Source of the DNA: Candidatus Aminicenantes bacterium | GTDB taxonomy: Bacteria; Acidobacteriota; Aminicenantia; Aminicenantales; UBA8522 | Assembly (NCBI GenBank): GCA_037444845.1 | Contig: JBBILQ010000007.1 | Location: 6,067 to 70,066, forward strand | Length of the DNA stretch: 64,000 bases | Direction of reading: 5' to 3' | Part shown: positions 27,288 to 37,035 of the stretch, in pieces | Layout of the letters: each line of letters starts with the position of its first letter | Numbering within the stretch: the stretch's first letter is position 1 | Position numbers and translations under genes: made by a program | Notes under the pieces: model-generated | The model's database searches: none | What the model was told of the DNA's origin: nothing | What the model saw: the letters and a program-made list of their open reading frames with translations, nothing else

Positions 27288-28439
27288 CTAATAGAAAATA
27301 AGATAGTCTCCCTTTTCCATGATTTTCTCTGGAGCTCTGTCCCCATATTCAATCATGACAGATAAGACCGTTACGCGGGGCTGGGTGGCCGGGATATAAA
27401 TGCGGTCGAGATGAATGACTTCGCCGGGCGATGAGAAAGCGGCCGGCCCGACCGATCCGCCGAAGTGGTCGCTCCTGCCAAAGGCGATGTGAAGGCCAAG
27501 CTTCTCGTCGAGGAGGATTTCGCCGATCGGTTGGAGGCCGAAATCAGCCAGCACTCCGAACCCGAGCTCGGCCATGTTCCCGTAAGCCGGTTCCCGTTTG
27601 AGATGGTCTGCCTCTGCCCTGGCTTGCGTTCCATCCCCTTGAACAGAGAAGGCTCTATTTTCCTTGATGTGGAAGAGCACAAGCTCCTGATTAACCTCCA
27701 CCGGCAGCGTTCCTTCTGTCCGGCTGGGCTCGGATCTTTCGCCTTCATAGGGGACGATGTAGGCTTCGCCGCTGGGCAGGTTGCCAGCCGTGGCCTTGTC
27801 GCGGAAACGGCCGTTGCTCGCGTGCGCGGTTCGCCAGCGAAGGTCGAATGTCATGCGATATTCCTTGCGGCCGTCCACAGCAAAACGGATTTCCGCGGCT
27901 TCCGCGCTGTCGAGCTTTTCTTTGAGCAACAAAACCCTGCGGCTTACTTCGTTGTAATCGATCCGGAGCGCGGGAATCATGGCGGGTGTAAACCCGGGCA
28001 TGGTGGCAGCCCTGAAGCCATGCTTTTTGGCGGCGTTCTTGAGGGGAGCTGTCGTCGAATACTCTGTCGGTGCCAGGAAGAGCTGCATGTCTTTAAATAT
28101 GTCCTCAAAGAGAAGCTGATCACCACACCAACTCAGGGCTTCCGCCACAGCGGGCAGAGGGGTTTCAACGAGAGTGGCCTGGGCTGGCAGGTCGGCGTTA
28201 TTCGAGCCTGTGTCAGGATAGGCGATGAGTTTCACCGTGTCGATGGGGATCTCAGCCGAATGTTTTTTAAGGGTTTTAAACCACTCCGATGCGAGCTTCC
28301 GCCTTTCCTTCCAGGCCGTGTTGTCGTTTTCTGGGCGGCGCGGGATATCAATAAGAATAGCGAGGCACCGGTCACCCGGATGGCGCGGAAAAACAGACCG
28401 GACCAGGCTGACGAGTTCAGCGGCTTTTAGCGTTGCCAT
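27288..28439 (-). CDS. M29/aminopeptidase T-like metallopeptidase
   Basis: GNLPSGEAY, AELGFG, LLDEK, HIAFG and HLD motifs. Confidence 0.7.
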   Translation of the reverse strand: MATLKAAELVSLVRSVFPRHPGDRCLAILIDIPRRPENDNTAWKERRKLASEWFKTLKKHSAEIPIDTVKLIAYPDTGSNNADLPAQATLVETPLPAVAEALSWCGDQLLFEDIFKDMQLFLAPTEYSTTAPLKNAAKKHGFRAATMPGFTPAMIPALRIDYNEVSRRVLLLKEKLDSAEAAEIRFAVDGRKEYRMTFDLRWRTAHASNGRFRDKATAGNLPSGEAYIVPYEGERSEPSRTEGTLPVEVNQELVLFHIKENRAFSVQGDGTQARAEADHLKREPAYGNMAELGFGVLADFGLQPIGEILLDEKLGLHIAFGRSDHFGGSVGPAAFSSPGEVIHLDRIYIPATQPRVTVLSVMIEYGDRAPEKIMEKGDYLIFY

Positions 28440-28657
28440 GATTCCTCCTTTCTTTTAGATTATCAAAAAATGGGGACAGTTTACATGTTTAGCGAATATT
28501 TTTCGCCTCCAGGAAAGAGGAATTTTGTTGTCTGTTGTGGTTGCCGCATGAGCCTGTTTGTGCCGGTTTCCCCTCCAACAATCGTGAATAAGTATAAGTC
28601 TCGGCTCGAAGAGAAGCTGCGCGGCAAATGTCGTGGCCAGCTCCGTGGAGGATAAAA

Positions 28658-29143
28658 TCAATCCACGGACCCCTTCCCGCTGAGCTTGAAAATTCCCAGG
28701 CCGGACGCATCCACCCCATCCTGGCGGGCCAAAAACTCTCCGGATATCGTATAGCCCTCGAAAGAACCTTTTCCTTTTCCTTGGAGGTCTATTTTGGCCG
28801 TGAGGTCGGCGACGATGTGCTGCCTGACCAGGATGGACACTTGATTCTCTTTGCTCTTCCAGCAAGCTTCGAAAAGAGGTTGAGATTTTTCATCTAAGAG
28901 AGTGATGGTCCCTCCGCCGGAGCAGCTGAGCCGGATTCCACCGTCCTCTTCCTGACCAACAACATCGATGCTTTGGATTTCAATGGAGACAGCGGGCTTC
29001 ACCCGCAGTGATTTTCCATTAGTAAAACGCAGCGGCGCCAATGTTCCTTCCGCAGAACCGGAGCGTGCTTCATAAACAGAGGCATCGAATGAGATGATCG
29101 TAGAATCCCCGAACGAAAATTCTCCCCAGACTTCATGTGTCAT
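28658..29143 (-). CDS. Hypothetical protein (beta-rich)
   Basis: ATG after GGAGGG, co-oriented downstream of the Gfo pair; no motif recognised. Confidence 0.55.
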   Translation of the reverse strand: MTHEVWGEFSFGDSTIISFDASVYEARSGSAEGTLAPLRFTNGKSLRVKPAVSIEIQSIDVVGQEEDGGIRLSCSGGGTITLLDEKSQPLFEACWKSKENQVSILVRQHIVADLTAKIDLQGKGKGSFEGYTISGEFLARQDGVDASGLGIFKLSGKGSVD

Positions 29144-29171
29144 GAGCATCCCTCCACGAGTGTATCGGTTC

Positions 29172-30134
29172 TCATAAATCGACGGCCCTTCCCGATTCAG
29201 CAGACTGGAAGGCCGCCTCGATAATACGGATGACAAGCTTCGATTCTTCAGGAGTCACTGCGACTTTGGCCTTTCCCTGGAGCGCTTGAGCGACATTGGT
29301 GTAGAAGCCCTCCTTAACCGCAGGGGCTGGCGCCAGTTCCTCCGGCCCGTTCTTTGTCCGGAGCAGAAATTTCCCCTTTTCGGAGACCAGGCTTCCCTGG
29401 GCGCCGAGGACATACCAGCGCGGCCTTGGGATCCAGGAATTGTGGCTGAGCTCGATGTCGACGCGCGAGCCGTCGGCAAACCTCAGAAGCACCCGCGCAT
29501 ATGTCTCTGATTCGACGTCCCACGCCCAGGTGCCGGCAAAAGCAAAAACAGATAGCGGAGGAGCGGACACAAGCTGGAGGGCTTGATCAATCAAATGCGA
29601 CCCGAGGTCATAAATGACTCCTCCCCCAGTGCCGCGTTGGGCTCTCCAGCCCGTTGGTTTGAGAAGGTCGGTATAGGCAATGTGGAGGAGAAAAACAGGG
29701 CTAATTTTTCTTTCGGAGAGGACCTTTTTAACCGTCAAAAAATCCGAGTCCCAGCGCCGGTTGTGTCGCGTGGTTAAGATCCGGCCTTTCTCGCGGGCGG
29801 CCTCAATCATGGCATCGGCTTCGGATACATGAAGGCACATCGGCTTTTCGACAGCGGCGTGTTTTCCGGCGTTTAAGGCCTGGATCGCCATCTCGGCATG
29901 ACAATAGCTCGGAGTGGAGATGGCCACAAGATCCACCTGCTCGTCCCCGAGGACTTCCGAGAAACTGGGAAAGATTTTCACTCCATAGGCTTTCCTGGCT
30001 TCTTCCTGAAATTGGGAATTTCGGGCACAAATTCCGTAGAGGTTGAGGCCTTCTGTGTTCTTGATGGCATCGCAATGAAATATCCGGGTATGGAGAGATC
30101 TCCCATAGCCTACCACGACCGCGTTGGCGTCCAT
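29172..30134 (-). CDS. Gfo/Idh/MocA oxidoreductase (IolW/YvaA-like)
   Basis: VVGYG, AVEKP, HNRRWDSD and DLGSHLID. Confidence 0.88.
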   Translation of the reverse strand: MDANAVVVGYGRSLHTRIFHCDAIKNTEGLNLYGICARNSQFQEEARKAYGVKIFPSFSEVLGDEQVDLVAISTPSYCHAEMAIQALNAGKHAAVEKPMCLHVSEADAMIEAAREKGRILTTRHNRRWDSDFLTVKKVLSERKISPVFLLHIAYTDLLKPTGWRAQRGTGGGVIYDLGSHLIDQALQLVSAPPLSVFAFAGTWAWDVESETYARVLLRFADGSRVDIELSHNSWIPRPRWYVLGAQGSLVSEKGKFLLRTKNGPEELAPAPAVKEGFYTNVAQALQGKAKVAVTPEESKLVIRIIEAAFQSAESGRAVDL

Positions 30135-30144
30135 ATTTTCCTCT

Positions 30145-31119
30145 TCAGGGCTGGGAAGCCAGCCTTACGGCTTGGCCCGTCTCCGCTGACCGGAAAGCGG
30201 CTTCTATCACGGCGATAACCTGCCTTGCCTGTTCCGGCTTGACGATAAGCTCTTTTCCTTCATTGATGGCGCCAGAAAAATTGGCATAAAACTCATGGTC
30301 TCTGCTTATCTGCGAGATGATTTCCTTTTCTTCAATCGCTGTCCGGAGAAGAAATTTCCCGCCGGAATAAACCAGGCTGCCCGTCTCTCCCAGGATATAC
30401 CAGCGCGGACGTGGAATCCAGGAGATATTGCTGGTCTCTATTTCGGAAATGATCCCGTTCTCGAACTGGAGCACGAGCCGGGCATATGTTTCGACTTCAA
30501 CCTGCCACCCCCGCGAGGCGATGACAGCAAAAACGCTTGCAGGAGAAGAGGGGATGAGGTCCAGAATCTGGTCAATCAAGTGACAGCCCCAATCGACAAA
30601 CCATCCTCCGCCCTGGCTTTTTTGCGACCGCCAGTTCGACGGCCGGATGTGAGCGCTCAAAGAAGAATCGACGACAAAAAGCGGCCCCAGGCTTCCTTCG
30701 TCGATCACATTCTTGACCGTAAGATAATCCCCATCCCAGCGGCGGTTGTGCCTGACCGCAAGAAGCCGCCGGTGCTTGCGGCTCGAGTCGATAAGAGCGT
30801 CGGCCTCAGCCGTTGAAAGACACATGGGTTTTTCCAGGATGACATGTTTTCCGGCTTCAAGGCAGCGCAGGGCGAGCCGGGCGTGGCTCTCGTTCGGCGT
30901 GGCAATGACAACGGCGTCAACGTGATCGTCGGTAACGACTTCTTCGATACCAGCATAGCCGCGGACGTTATAGAAACGGCAAGCTTCTTCCCGGCAAACC
31001 TCCACAGGCTCGCAAACGCCGTGGAAGTTTAGACCTTTGGTCTTGCGAATGACCTCGCAGTGCTCAAGCCTCTGATTCAGCCCCAAACCATACCCGACGA
31101 CAACCAGGTTCGCGCTCAT
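30145..31119 (-). CDS. Gfo/Idh/MocA oxidoreductase (IolW/YvaA-like), tandem paralog
   Basis: VVGYG, ILEKP, HNRRWDGD and DWGCHLID. Confidence 0.88.
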   Translation of the reverse strand: MSANLVVVGYGLGLNQRLEHCEVIRKTKGLNFHGVCEPVEVCREEACRFYNVRGYAGIEEVVTDDHVDAVVIATPNESHARLALRCLEAGKHVILEKPMCLSTAEADALIDSSRKHRRLLAVRHNRRWDGDYLTVKNVIDEGSLGPLFVVDSSLSAHIRPSNWRSQKSQGGGWFVDWGCHLIDQILDLIPSSPASVFAVIASRGWQVEVETYARLVLQFENGIISEIETSNISWIPRPRWYILGETGSLVYSGGKFLLRTAIEEKEIISQISRDHEFYANFSGAINEGKELIVKPEQARQVIAVIEAAFRSAETGQAVRLASQP

Positions 31120-31217
31120 TTTATCTGTTTTTCGTTCCTTATTTACAATTTATTGGCGTTCCTTGTCAAGAAACCCGTGGCGGGTTGTAAGCAGCTCCGA
31201 TTAGATATGCTCCAACC

Positions 31218-31340
31218 AAGCCGGCGAACATCATGTTGACGGAAAAGGGCCAGGCAAAGATCATGGATTTTGGCCTGGCCAAGCTGATTTCAGGCGCCGA
31301 CGTTACCAAAACTCTGACGGTCATGGGGACAATCGCCTAC
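31218..31340 (+). pseudogene. Hanks-type Ser/Thr kinase fragment (subdomains VIb-VIII)
   Basis: KPANIMLTEKGQAKIMDFGLAKLISGADVTKTLTVMGTIAY; no start codon and no remainder. Confidence 0.85.
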
Positions 31341-31590
31341 CAGGAACTCCTGAGGGCTGCTGAGTCGTCGGCCGAATATTTATCGTAATCTTCTCTTGCC
31401 CCGGGAGGAGAAGCCTGTCAGATTTCCGGCGCTTTTCGGCTCGTTCCCCGCTTCCTTGCTCCTTTCGGATGGTTTCAATCTAATTTGACACCCGATGAGG
31501 CTTCGATTTATCATGCCCAACAATAGGATGGAGCAAAACTGGCACTGGAGCGATCATTTAACCGGCGCAGCTGAAAACGAAATGCTTCTC
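31332..31590 (+). mobile_element. Second IS91/ISCR-family right-end remnant
   Basis: IAYQELLRAAESSAEYLS* parallels VYQEVLMDSETGAEYFS* at 2550-2602; ends GCTGAAAACGAAATGCTTCTC, like 2796-2816. Confidence 0.68.
31485..31514 (+). promoter_or_regulatory. Outward sigma70-type promoter facing hppA
   Basis: TTGACA-18 bp-TATCAT. Confidence 0.6.
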
Positions 31591-31759
31591 TTTTTTTATC
31601 AGAGGCTAACTTCACCATTGCCACAGTGGTTCCGCCTGTCGCGGAAGAGAAGAAAGCGGAGGAAGTGGCCGCAGAGGCTTTCAGGGGGATGTTTATGGAG
31701 GGATTGCAAACGGCGATGAACCGGTTTCAGAAAAAAATTAGAACGGAGGAGAGTTAATT

Positions 31760-33829
31760 ATGGTCTGGATTGGAGTTGCGGCACTCACGGGGATTATCGC
31801 TTTATCTTTTGTCCTTATTACGGCCAAAAGGGTCATGAAACAGGACCCCGGAAACGCCGAGATGGTTGCCATTTCAGAGGCCGTCCATGAAGGGGCAATG
31901 GCTTTTTTGAAAAGGGAATATAAGGCCATCTGCATCTTTGCGGCCATCGTGGCAATCCTCCTGGCCATAGGGTTAAAAGGCCAGGGATGGCATTTCTCCA
32001 TTCTCACAGCGTTCTCCTATCTAATAGGAGCGGCCTGTTCCATGGTGGCTGGTTATGTGGGATTGAGCATTGCCACGAGGGCGAACTCTCGAACGGCTCA
32101 GGGAGCCACCCGGGGATTTAACCAGGCCCTTTCTGTGGCCTTTCCGGGCGGCGCAGTGATGGGACTTACGGTTGTGGGATTGGGGCTTCTGGTCTTTTCA
32201 GTCGTTTTTATGGTTCTAAGTCAGCTTGCTCCCGGGGGATTGGTAGAAAAAATGACCGAAGCCGCAGGCATCATCGCCGGTTTCAGCATGGGCGCCAGTT
32301 CCGTCGCTCTTTTTGCAAGAGTGGGAGGGGGCATTTATACGAAAGCCGCCGATGTGGGCGCCGACCTTGTGGGAAAGGTCGAGGCCGGAATTCCGGAGGA
32401 TGATCCCCGGAATCCCGCAACGATTGCCGATAATGTGGGAGACAATGTAGGCGATGTGGCCGGGATGGGCGCGGATCTCTATGAGTCCTATATCGGTTCG
32501 CTCCTCTCCGGAGTGATCATCGCCATGACCACGCTTCCGACACCGGAACTCAAAATCAAGGGAGTGATTCTCTCCTTTCTTCTCTACGCCATCGGAATCA
32601 TCGCCTCCATCCTTGGAGTCTTCTTTGTTCGAACCGACGAGAAATCCGATCCGAGAAAGGCGCTCAACAACGGAACCCTTGCCAGTTCTGTCTTCTATTC
32701 GATCGGGGCGCTCATTCTGGTCTGGGTGATGTTCGACGGAAATCTCTCTTACTTCCTGGCCACCTTTGCGGGCATTGTGTCAGGAATGGTGATCGGATAT
32801 ACAGCTTACTACTATACCTCAGGGAAATCGGTTCAGGGTCTGGCCAAGGCGAGCATTACGGGATCAGCCACAACGATTATCCATGGATTTGCCTTGAGTT
32901 GCCGGAGCACGGTCACCCCTCTGGTGATCATCGGGATCGCCATTCTGACCTCCTTTAAGCTTGGCGGTTTCTTTGGCATTGCGCTGGCGGCCATCGGAAT
33001 GTTAGCCATTACAGGCATGGTTGTTTCCGTGGACGCCTACGGGCCCATTGCAGACAACTCCGGAGGCGTTGCGGAGATGGCCCGTATGGGCAAAGATATA
33101 CGGAAGATCACCGATTCTCTGGATGCCGCTGGAAACACAACCGCCGCTGTTGGAAAGGGTTTTGCCATCGGCTCCGCGGCATTGACTGCTCTGGCCCTTT
33201 TCCTCTCCTATACGCAGGTGATGGGTCTTTCAGCCATCGACATCATGAGCGCTGCAGGAGGCTATAAAATTGTGGCGGGTGTCTTCATCGGCGCCGTCAT
33301 TCCTTACTATTTTGCCGGAGCAACAATGATGGCTGTCGGAAGGGCGGCCTTCAGGGTGGTGGAGGAAGTTCGAAGGCAGTTCAGGGAGATCAAGGGATTG
33401 ATGGAAGGCACGGCACGCGCGGAATACGCAAGATGCGTTGACATCACCACCGCCGGCGCGCTCAAGGAGATGGTTGCGCCTGGAGTGGCGGCAGTAGCGA
33501 TTCCCATCGTTCTGGGAAGTCTCTTAGGTCCGGAAGCCCTGGCCGGAATGTTGTTAGGTTCTCTTGCCACGGGTGTTCCCCTTGCGCTCCAGATGGCCAA
33601 TGCCGGAGGAGCCTGGGACAATGCGAAGAAATGGATTGAGGAAGGGAATCTGGGTGGCAAGGGCTCTGATACTCACAAGGCCGCTGTCGTGGGAGACACC
33701 GTAGGCGATCCTTTCAAAGACACCTCCGGTCCTTCGATGAACATTCTCTTAAAATTGATGACCGTGGTCTCGTTGGTCTTTGGCCCGATGATCCTTGTCA
33801 TCCACCAGTGGATCATCTCACTGTTTTGA
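31760..33829 (+). CDS. hppA: Membrane-integral pyrophosphatase, K+-dependent type (probably Na+-translocating)
   Basis: [34 protein letters not shown] (Ala = K+-dependent) and [14 protein letters not shown]. Confidence 0.95.
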   Translation: MVWIGVAALTGIIALSFVLITAKRVMKQDPGNAEMVAISEAVHEGAMAFLKREYKAICIFAAIVAILLAIGLKGQGWHFSILTAFSYLIGAACSMVAGYVGLSIATRANSRTAQGATRGFNQALSVAFPGGAVMGLTVVGLGLLVFSVVFMVLSQLAPGGLVEKMTEAAGIIAGFSMGASSVALFARVGGGIYTKAADVGADLVGKVEAGIPEDDPRNPATIADNVGDNVGDVAGMGADLYESYIGSLLSGVIIAMTTLPTPELKIKGVILSFLLYAIGIIASILGVFFVRTDEKSDPRKALNNGTLASSVFYSIGALILVWVMFDGNLSYFLATFAGIVSGMVIGYTAYYYTSGKSVQGLAKASITGSATTIIHGFALSCRSTVTPLVIIGIAILTSFKLGGFFGIALAAIGMLAITGMVVSVDAYGPIADNSGGVAEMARMGKDIRKITDSLDAAGNTTAAVGKGFAIGSAALTALALFLSYTQVMGLSAIDIMSAAGGYKIVAGVFIGAVIPYYFAGATMMAVGRAAFRVVEEVRRQFREIKGLMEGTARAEYARCVDITTAGALKEMVAPGVAAVAIPIVLGSLLGPEALAGMLLGSLATGVPLALQMANAGGAWDNAKKWIEEGNLGGKGSDTHKAAVVGDTVGDPFKDTSGPSMNILLKLMTVVSLVFGPMILVIHQWIISLF

Positions 33830-33909
33830 TCCTGTGTCCTCGCGTTGATATTGCGAGAAACAAGGTTGTAATGTAAAGAAACACCAATATCCAAACATCC
33901 GAAAACCGC

Positions 33910-34042
33910 TTGTATGAGAAAAAAGGCTTAAAAGAGAAAGCGGAAGAACATTATCGCAAGTTCCTCGACCTCTGGAAGGACGGCCGACCCGGGCTTGCCC
34001 GAGATCGAGCACGCCAGAAAACGCCTGGCCGCCATTTCGTAG
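33910..34042 (+). pseudogene. C-terminal TPR tail relic of a Ser/Thr kinase-TPR protein, frameshifted
   Basis: [24 protein letters not shown]/(+1)ADPGLPEIEHARKRLAAIS*. Confidence 0.7.
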
Positions 34043-34113
34043 GAAAATCTCTGCGTCATGGTTCGCCCCTTTCCTTGCAGATTTATGGAGATAATCCTTT
34101 GCGTTATTTGGAG

Positions 34114-34147
34114 TTGACAATTCCAAATAAATATGTAAATTGGAGTT
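34114..34147 (+). promoter_or_regulatory. Promoter/operator for a probably leaderless AAA ATPase gene
   Basis: TTGACA-16 bp-TAAATT ends 6 nt before the ATG; imperfect inverted repeat AATTCCAA...TTGGAGTT overlaps it. Confidence 0.5.
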
Positions 34148-35311
34148 ATGTATCCCAGATTGCTCAAGCCACCTGACGCTAAAAGCTTCTTTCTTTTCGG
34201 ACCGCGAGGGACCGGTAAAACCACGTGGGTTCACCGCACCTTTCCTGACGCGATTTACGTCGATCTCTTGGAGTCTGAACTCTTCACGCGGCTGGCGGCG
34301 AATCCCCAGCGCCTCGAAAGTCTGATTCCCCTTGACCACCGAGGCTGGGTTGTCATCGACGAGATTCAGAGAATACCGGATCTGCTTTCAGAGGTTCATC
34401 GTCTCATCGGGATGCGGAAGGGTAAGTTTGCCTTGACAGGTTCGAGCGCAAGGAAGCTCCGCCGCCGCGGCGTCAACTTGCTGGGGGGCCGGGCCCGAAC
34501 TCTGGCCATGCATCCGCTCACCTCTTCGGAGCTGGGCAATGACTTCAATCTGGAGAAATCGCAACGCATCGGCCATCTTCCGGCAGCGTATTCCGATCCC
34601 GATCCCGATAAGTACCTGGCAAGCTATGTGAAGACCTACCTGGAGGAAGAGGTTCGCCAGGAAGGATTGACGAGGAACCTCGGTGCTTTTGCGCGGTTTC
34701 TCGAGGCGGCCAGCTTCTCCCAGAGCGCGGTGCTCAACATTTCCGAAGTCGCCAGGGAATGTGGGGTCGAAAGAAAGGTCGTCGAGAATTATTTTGGAAT
34801 CCTTGAGGACCTCCTTATCGGCTACCGGCTTCCCGTTTTTTCGAAGCGGGCAAAACGCCGGCTCGTCGGCCACCCGAAATTCTATTTCTTCGATGCCGGC
34901 GTGTTTCGAGCGCTGCGGCCGAAAGGTCCTCTCGACAGGCCCGAAGAAATCGACGGAGCGGCTTGCGAAACACTGCTCTTTCAGGAGCTCTTGGCTACGA
35001 ATGATACCCTTGACCTCGGCTATAAGCTCTCGTTTTGGAGGTCGGCTGCCAACCAGGAGGTCGATTTTATCCTGTATGGAGCAAGGGGGCTATTCGCCTT
35101 TGAAATCAAGAGGACGGCTCGCGTGAGCGGTGTTCACTTGCGAGGTCTGCGGGCGTTCTTAAAAGATTATCCGATGGCGAAGGCCTATTTCCTCTACGGA
35201 GGCCGGCGCCGCCTGCATGAAGGCCCGATCGATTGCCTTCCGATGGAAGATGCCTTTCGGAAGCTGCCGGAGATCCTCTCCGGTTCCCCTGCGCGCGCGG
35301 AATTCGCGTGA
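34148..35311 (+). CDS. AAA_14 / DUF4143 ATPase
   Basis: GPRGTGKT, IDEIQ, LTGSS, PKFYFFDAG and EVDF...FEIK. Confidence 0.9.
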   Translation: MYPRLLKPPDAKSFFLFGPRGTGKTTWVHRTFPDAIYVDLLESELFTRLAANPQRLESLIPLDHRGWVVIDEIQRIPDLLSEVHRLIGMRKGKFALTGSSARKLRRRGVNLLGGRARTLAMHPLTSSELGNDFNLEKSQRIGHLPAAYSDPDPDKYLASYVKTYLEEEVRQEGLTRNLGAFARFLEAASFSQSAVLNISEVARECGVERKVVENYFGILEDLLIGYRLPVFSKRAKRRLVGHPKFYFFDAGVFRALRPKGPLDRPEEIDGAACETLLFQELLATNDTLDLGYKLSFWRSAANQEVDFILYGARGLFAFEIKRTARVSGVHLRGLRAFLKDYPMAKAYFLYGGRRRLHEGPIDCLPMEDAFRKLPEILSGSPARAEFA

Positions 35312-35474
35312 GGCAACATCCAGCGAATTCATATGGTCGGGGTCGAGCTCCAGGCCCTTAGCATAGGCAGCCATCGAGTCGTTCTGAATGTCTCCCATCG
35401 CCGCGGCAGAAAACGAACGCTTATCTTTTCTCGCGTACGCCAACGTCATGTAACTGGCAAAGAAAGGTACTGTA

Positions 35475-35503
35475 TTGACAAATGGCCGGTGCCCGAGTAA
35501 ATC
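35475..35503 (+). promoter_or_regulatory. Sigma70 promoter
   Basis: TTGACA-17 bp-TAAATC (TATAAT also at 35504); predicted start near 35511. Confidence 0.55.
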
Positions 35504-35510
35504 TATAATT

Positions 35511-35630
35511 GGTGAACGGTGAGGCTTGGGATTAAGTATCGGGTTCAGGTCTTCGTTCCGAAGCGTCAAATCACGATGCGGGATTCCGCAGCGCTCTGAC
35601 CTGCGTAAGCTCGCCGTTCACCGTTTTTTT
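35511..35630 (+). ncRNA. Candidate structured RNA / attenuator, family unknown
   Basis: 5' GGTGAACGGTGAGGCTT pairs with 3' AAGCTCGCCGTTCACC; inner CAGGTC/GACCTG stem and small hairpins; followed by T7. Confidence 0.5.
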
Positions 35631-35654
35631 GCCAAACGAAAAATGGGAGGAACG

Positions 35655-37022
35655 ATGGAAAAGCTCAAAACCATAACCCGGCGTGAATTCATAGGAAAAA
35701 CGGCCACGGGTGCGGCCGGCCTGATGATTGTGTCCAGGCATGTGCTCGGCGGCCGCGGCGTCCAGGCGCCCAGCGACACGCTCAACATCGGCTGTGTGGG
35801 CGTGTGGGGCAAAGGCGCTTCCGATATTGTCTCTGTGAGCACCGAGAACATCGTAGGGCTGTGCGAGGTGGATGATGAGATGATGGCCAAATTCCTGAAG
35901 AACGAGCGCCACACCGCCGAGCAGCAGGCCAAGTATGAGAAGGCAAACAAGTATAGAGATTTTCGCGAGATGTTAGACAAGGAAAAAAGCGTTGACGCCA
36001 TCGTCGTCAGCACCCCCGACCACACCCACGCCGTTATCGCCATGATGGCCATCAAGATGGGGAAGCACGTCTTCGTCCAGAAGCCGCTCACCCACACGGT
36101 TAACGAAGCGAGACTCCTGGCCCAGGAGGCGAAAAAGGCGGGCGTTGCCACCCAGATGGGGAATCAGGGACATGCTGGAGAAGGGGCGCGCCTGATCTGC
36201 GAGTGGATCTGGGATGGAGCCATTGGGCCGGTCGAGGAAGTTCATGTCTGGACCAACCGGCCCATCTGGCCGCAGGGTATTGACGCTCCTAAGGAGATAC
36301 CCTCCGTCCCGCCGACAATCGATTGGAACGTCTGGCTCGGTCCGGCGGCATGGCGGCCCTACCATCCGTCCTACCATCCTTTTGTCTGGCGCGGCTGGTG
36401 GGACTTCGGCACCGGAGCGTTAGGTGACATGGGTGCCCACCTCATCGATCAGCCATTCTGGGCGCTCGACCTCGGGCATCCTAAGTCCGTCCAGGCGAGC
36501 TCGACGAAATTCACCAGGGACTCCTATCCGATGGCTGAGATCGTCACTTACGAGTTCCCGGCCCGCGGCAAACTCCCGCCGGTTAAGCTTATCTGGTACG
36601 ACGGCGGGTTGATGCCGCCGAGACCCAAAGAGTTAGGAAGCGGCCGGATGATGGGCGACGAAGGCGGCGGCTGCCTTTTTGTGGGGAAGAAGGGACTGCT
36701 GATGTGCGGGACATACGGTGAGAATCCGCGTCTTGTTCCCGAAGATCTCATGCGAAGCTACAAGCGGCCGGCAAAGACCATCCCCCGTTCTCCCGGCATC
36801 CACGAGGAATGGGTCGCCGCCATCAAGGCAGGGAAAAAATCGACGACGGATTTCGAGTATTCAGGAAGATTGACCGAGGTCATGTTGTTAGCGAATATTG
36901 CCGTCCGGATGCAGGAGGCGAAGACAGTGCTCGAGTGGGATGGGGAGAAAATGGAGTTTACGAACCTCCCCGAGGCCAACAAGTTTCTGCACAAAGAGTA
37001 CCGGGCCGACTGGTCGTTGTAA
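35655..37022 (+). CDS. Tat-exported Gfo/Idh/MocA oxidoreductase
   Basis: TRREFIG Tat motif, TPDHTH, VQKPL, QMGNQ and GDMGAH. Confidence 0.9.
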   Translation: MEKLKTITRREFIGKTATGAAGLMIVSRHVLGGRGVQAPSDTLNIGCVGVWGKGASDIVSVSTENIVGLCEVDDEMMAKFLKNERHTAEQQAKYEKANKYRDFREMLDKEKSVDAIVVSTPDHTHAVIAMMAIKMGKHVFVQKPLTHTVNEARLLAQEAKKAGVATQMGNQGHAGEGARLICEWIWDGAIGPVEEVHVWTNRPIWPQGIDAPKEIPSVPPTIDWNVWLGPAAWRPYHPSYHPFVWRGWWDFGTGALGDMGAHLIDQPFWALDLGHPKSVQASSTKFTRDSYPMAEIVTYEFPARGKLPPVKLIWYDGGLMPPRPKELGSGRMMGDEGGGCLFVGKKGLLMCGTYGENPRLVPEDLMRSYKRPAKTIPRSPGIHEEWVAAIKAGKKSTTDFEYSGRLTEVMLLANIAVRMQEAKTVLEWDGEKMEFTNLPEANKFLHKEYRADWSL

Positions 37023-37035
37023 ACCCGAAGGAGAG

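Noticed and set aside
35511-35630. SRP RNA, tRNA-Sec or a known riboswitch
   Set aside because: Lacks the SRP GGAAGG-AAGCAGC loop, a tRNA cloverleaf and the conserved cores of TPP, glycine, c-di-GMP, fluoride or guanidine riboswitches as I recall them.
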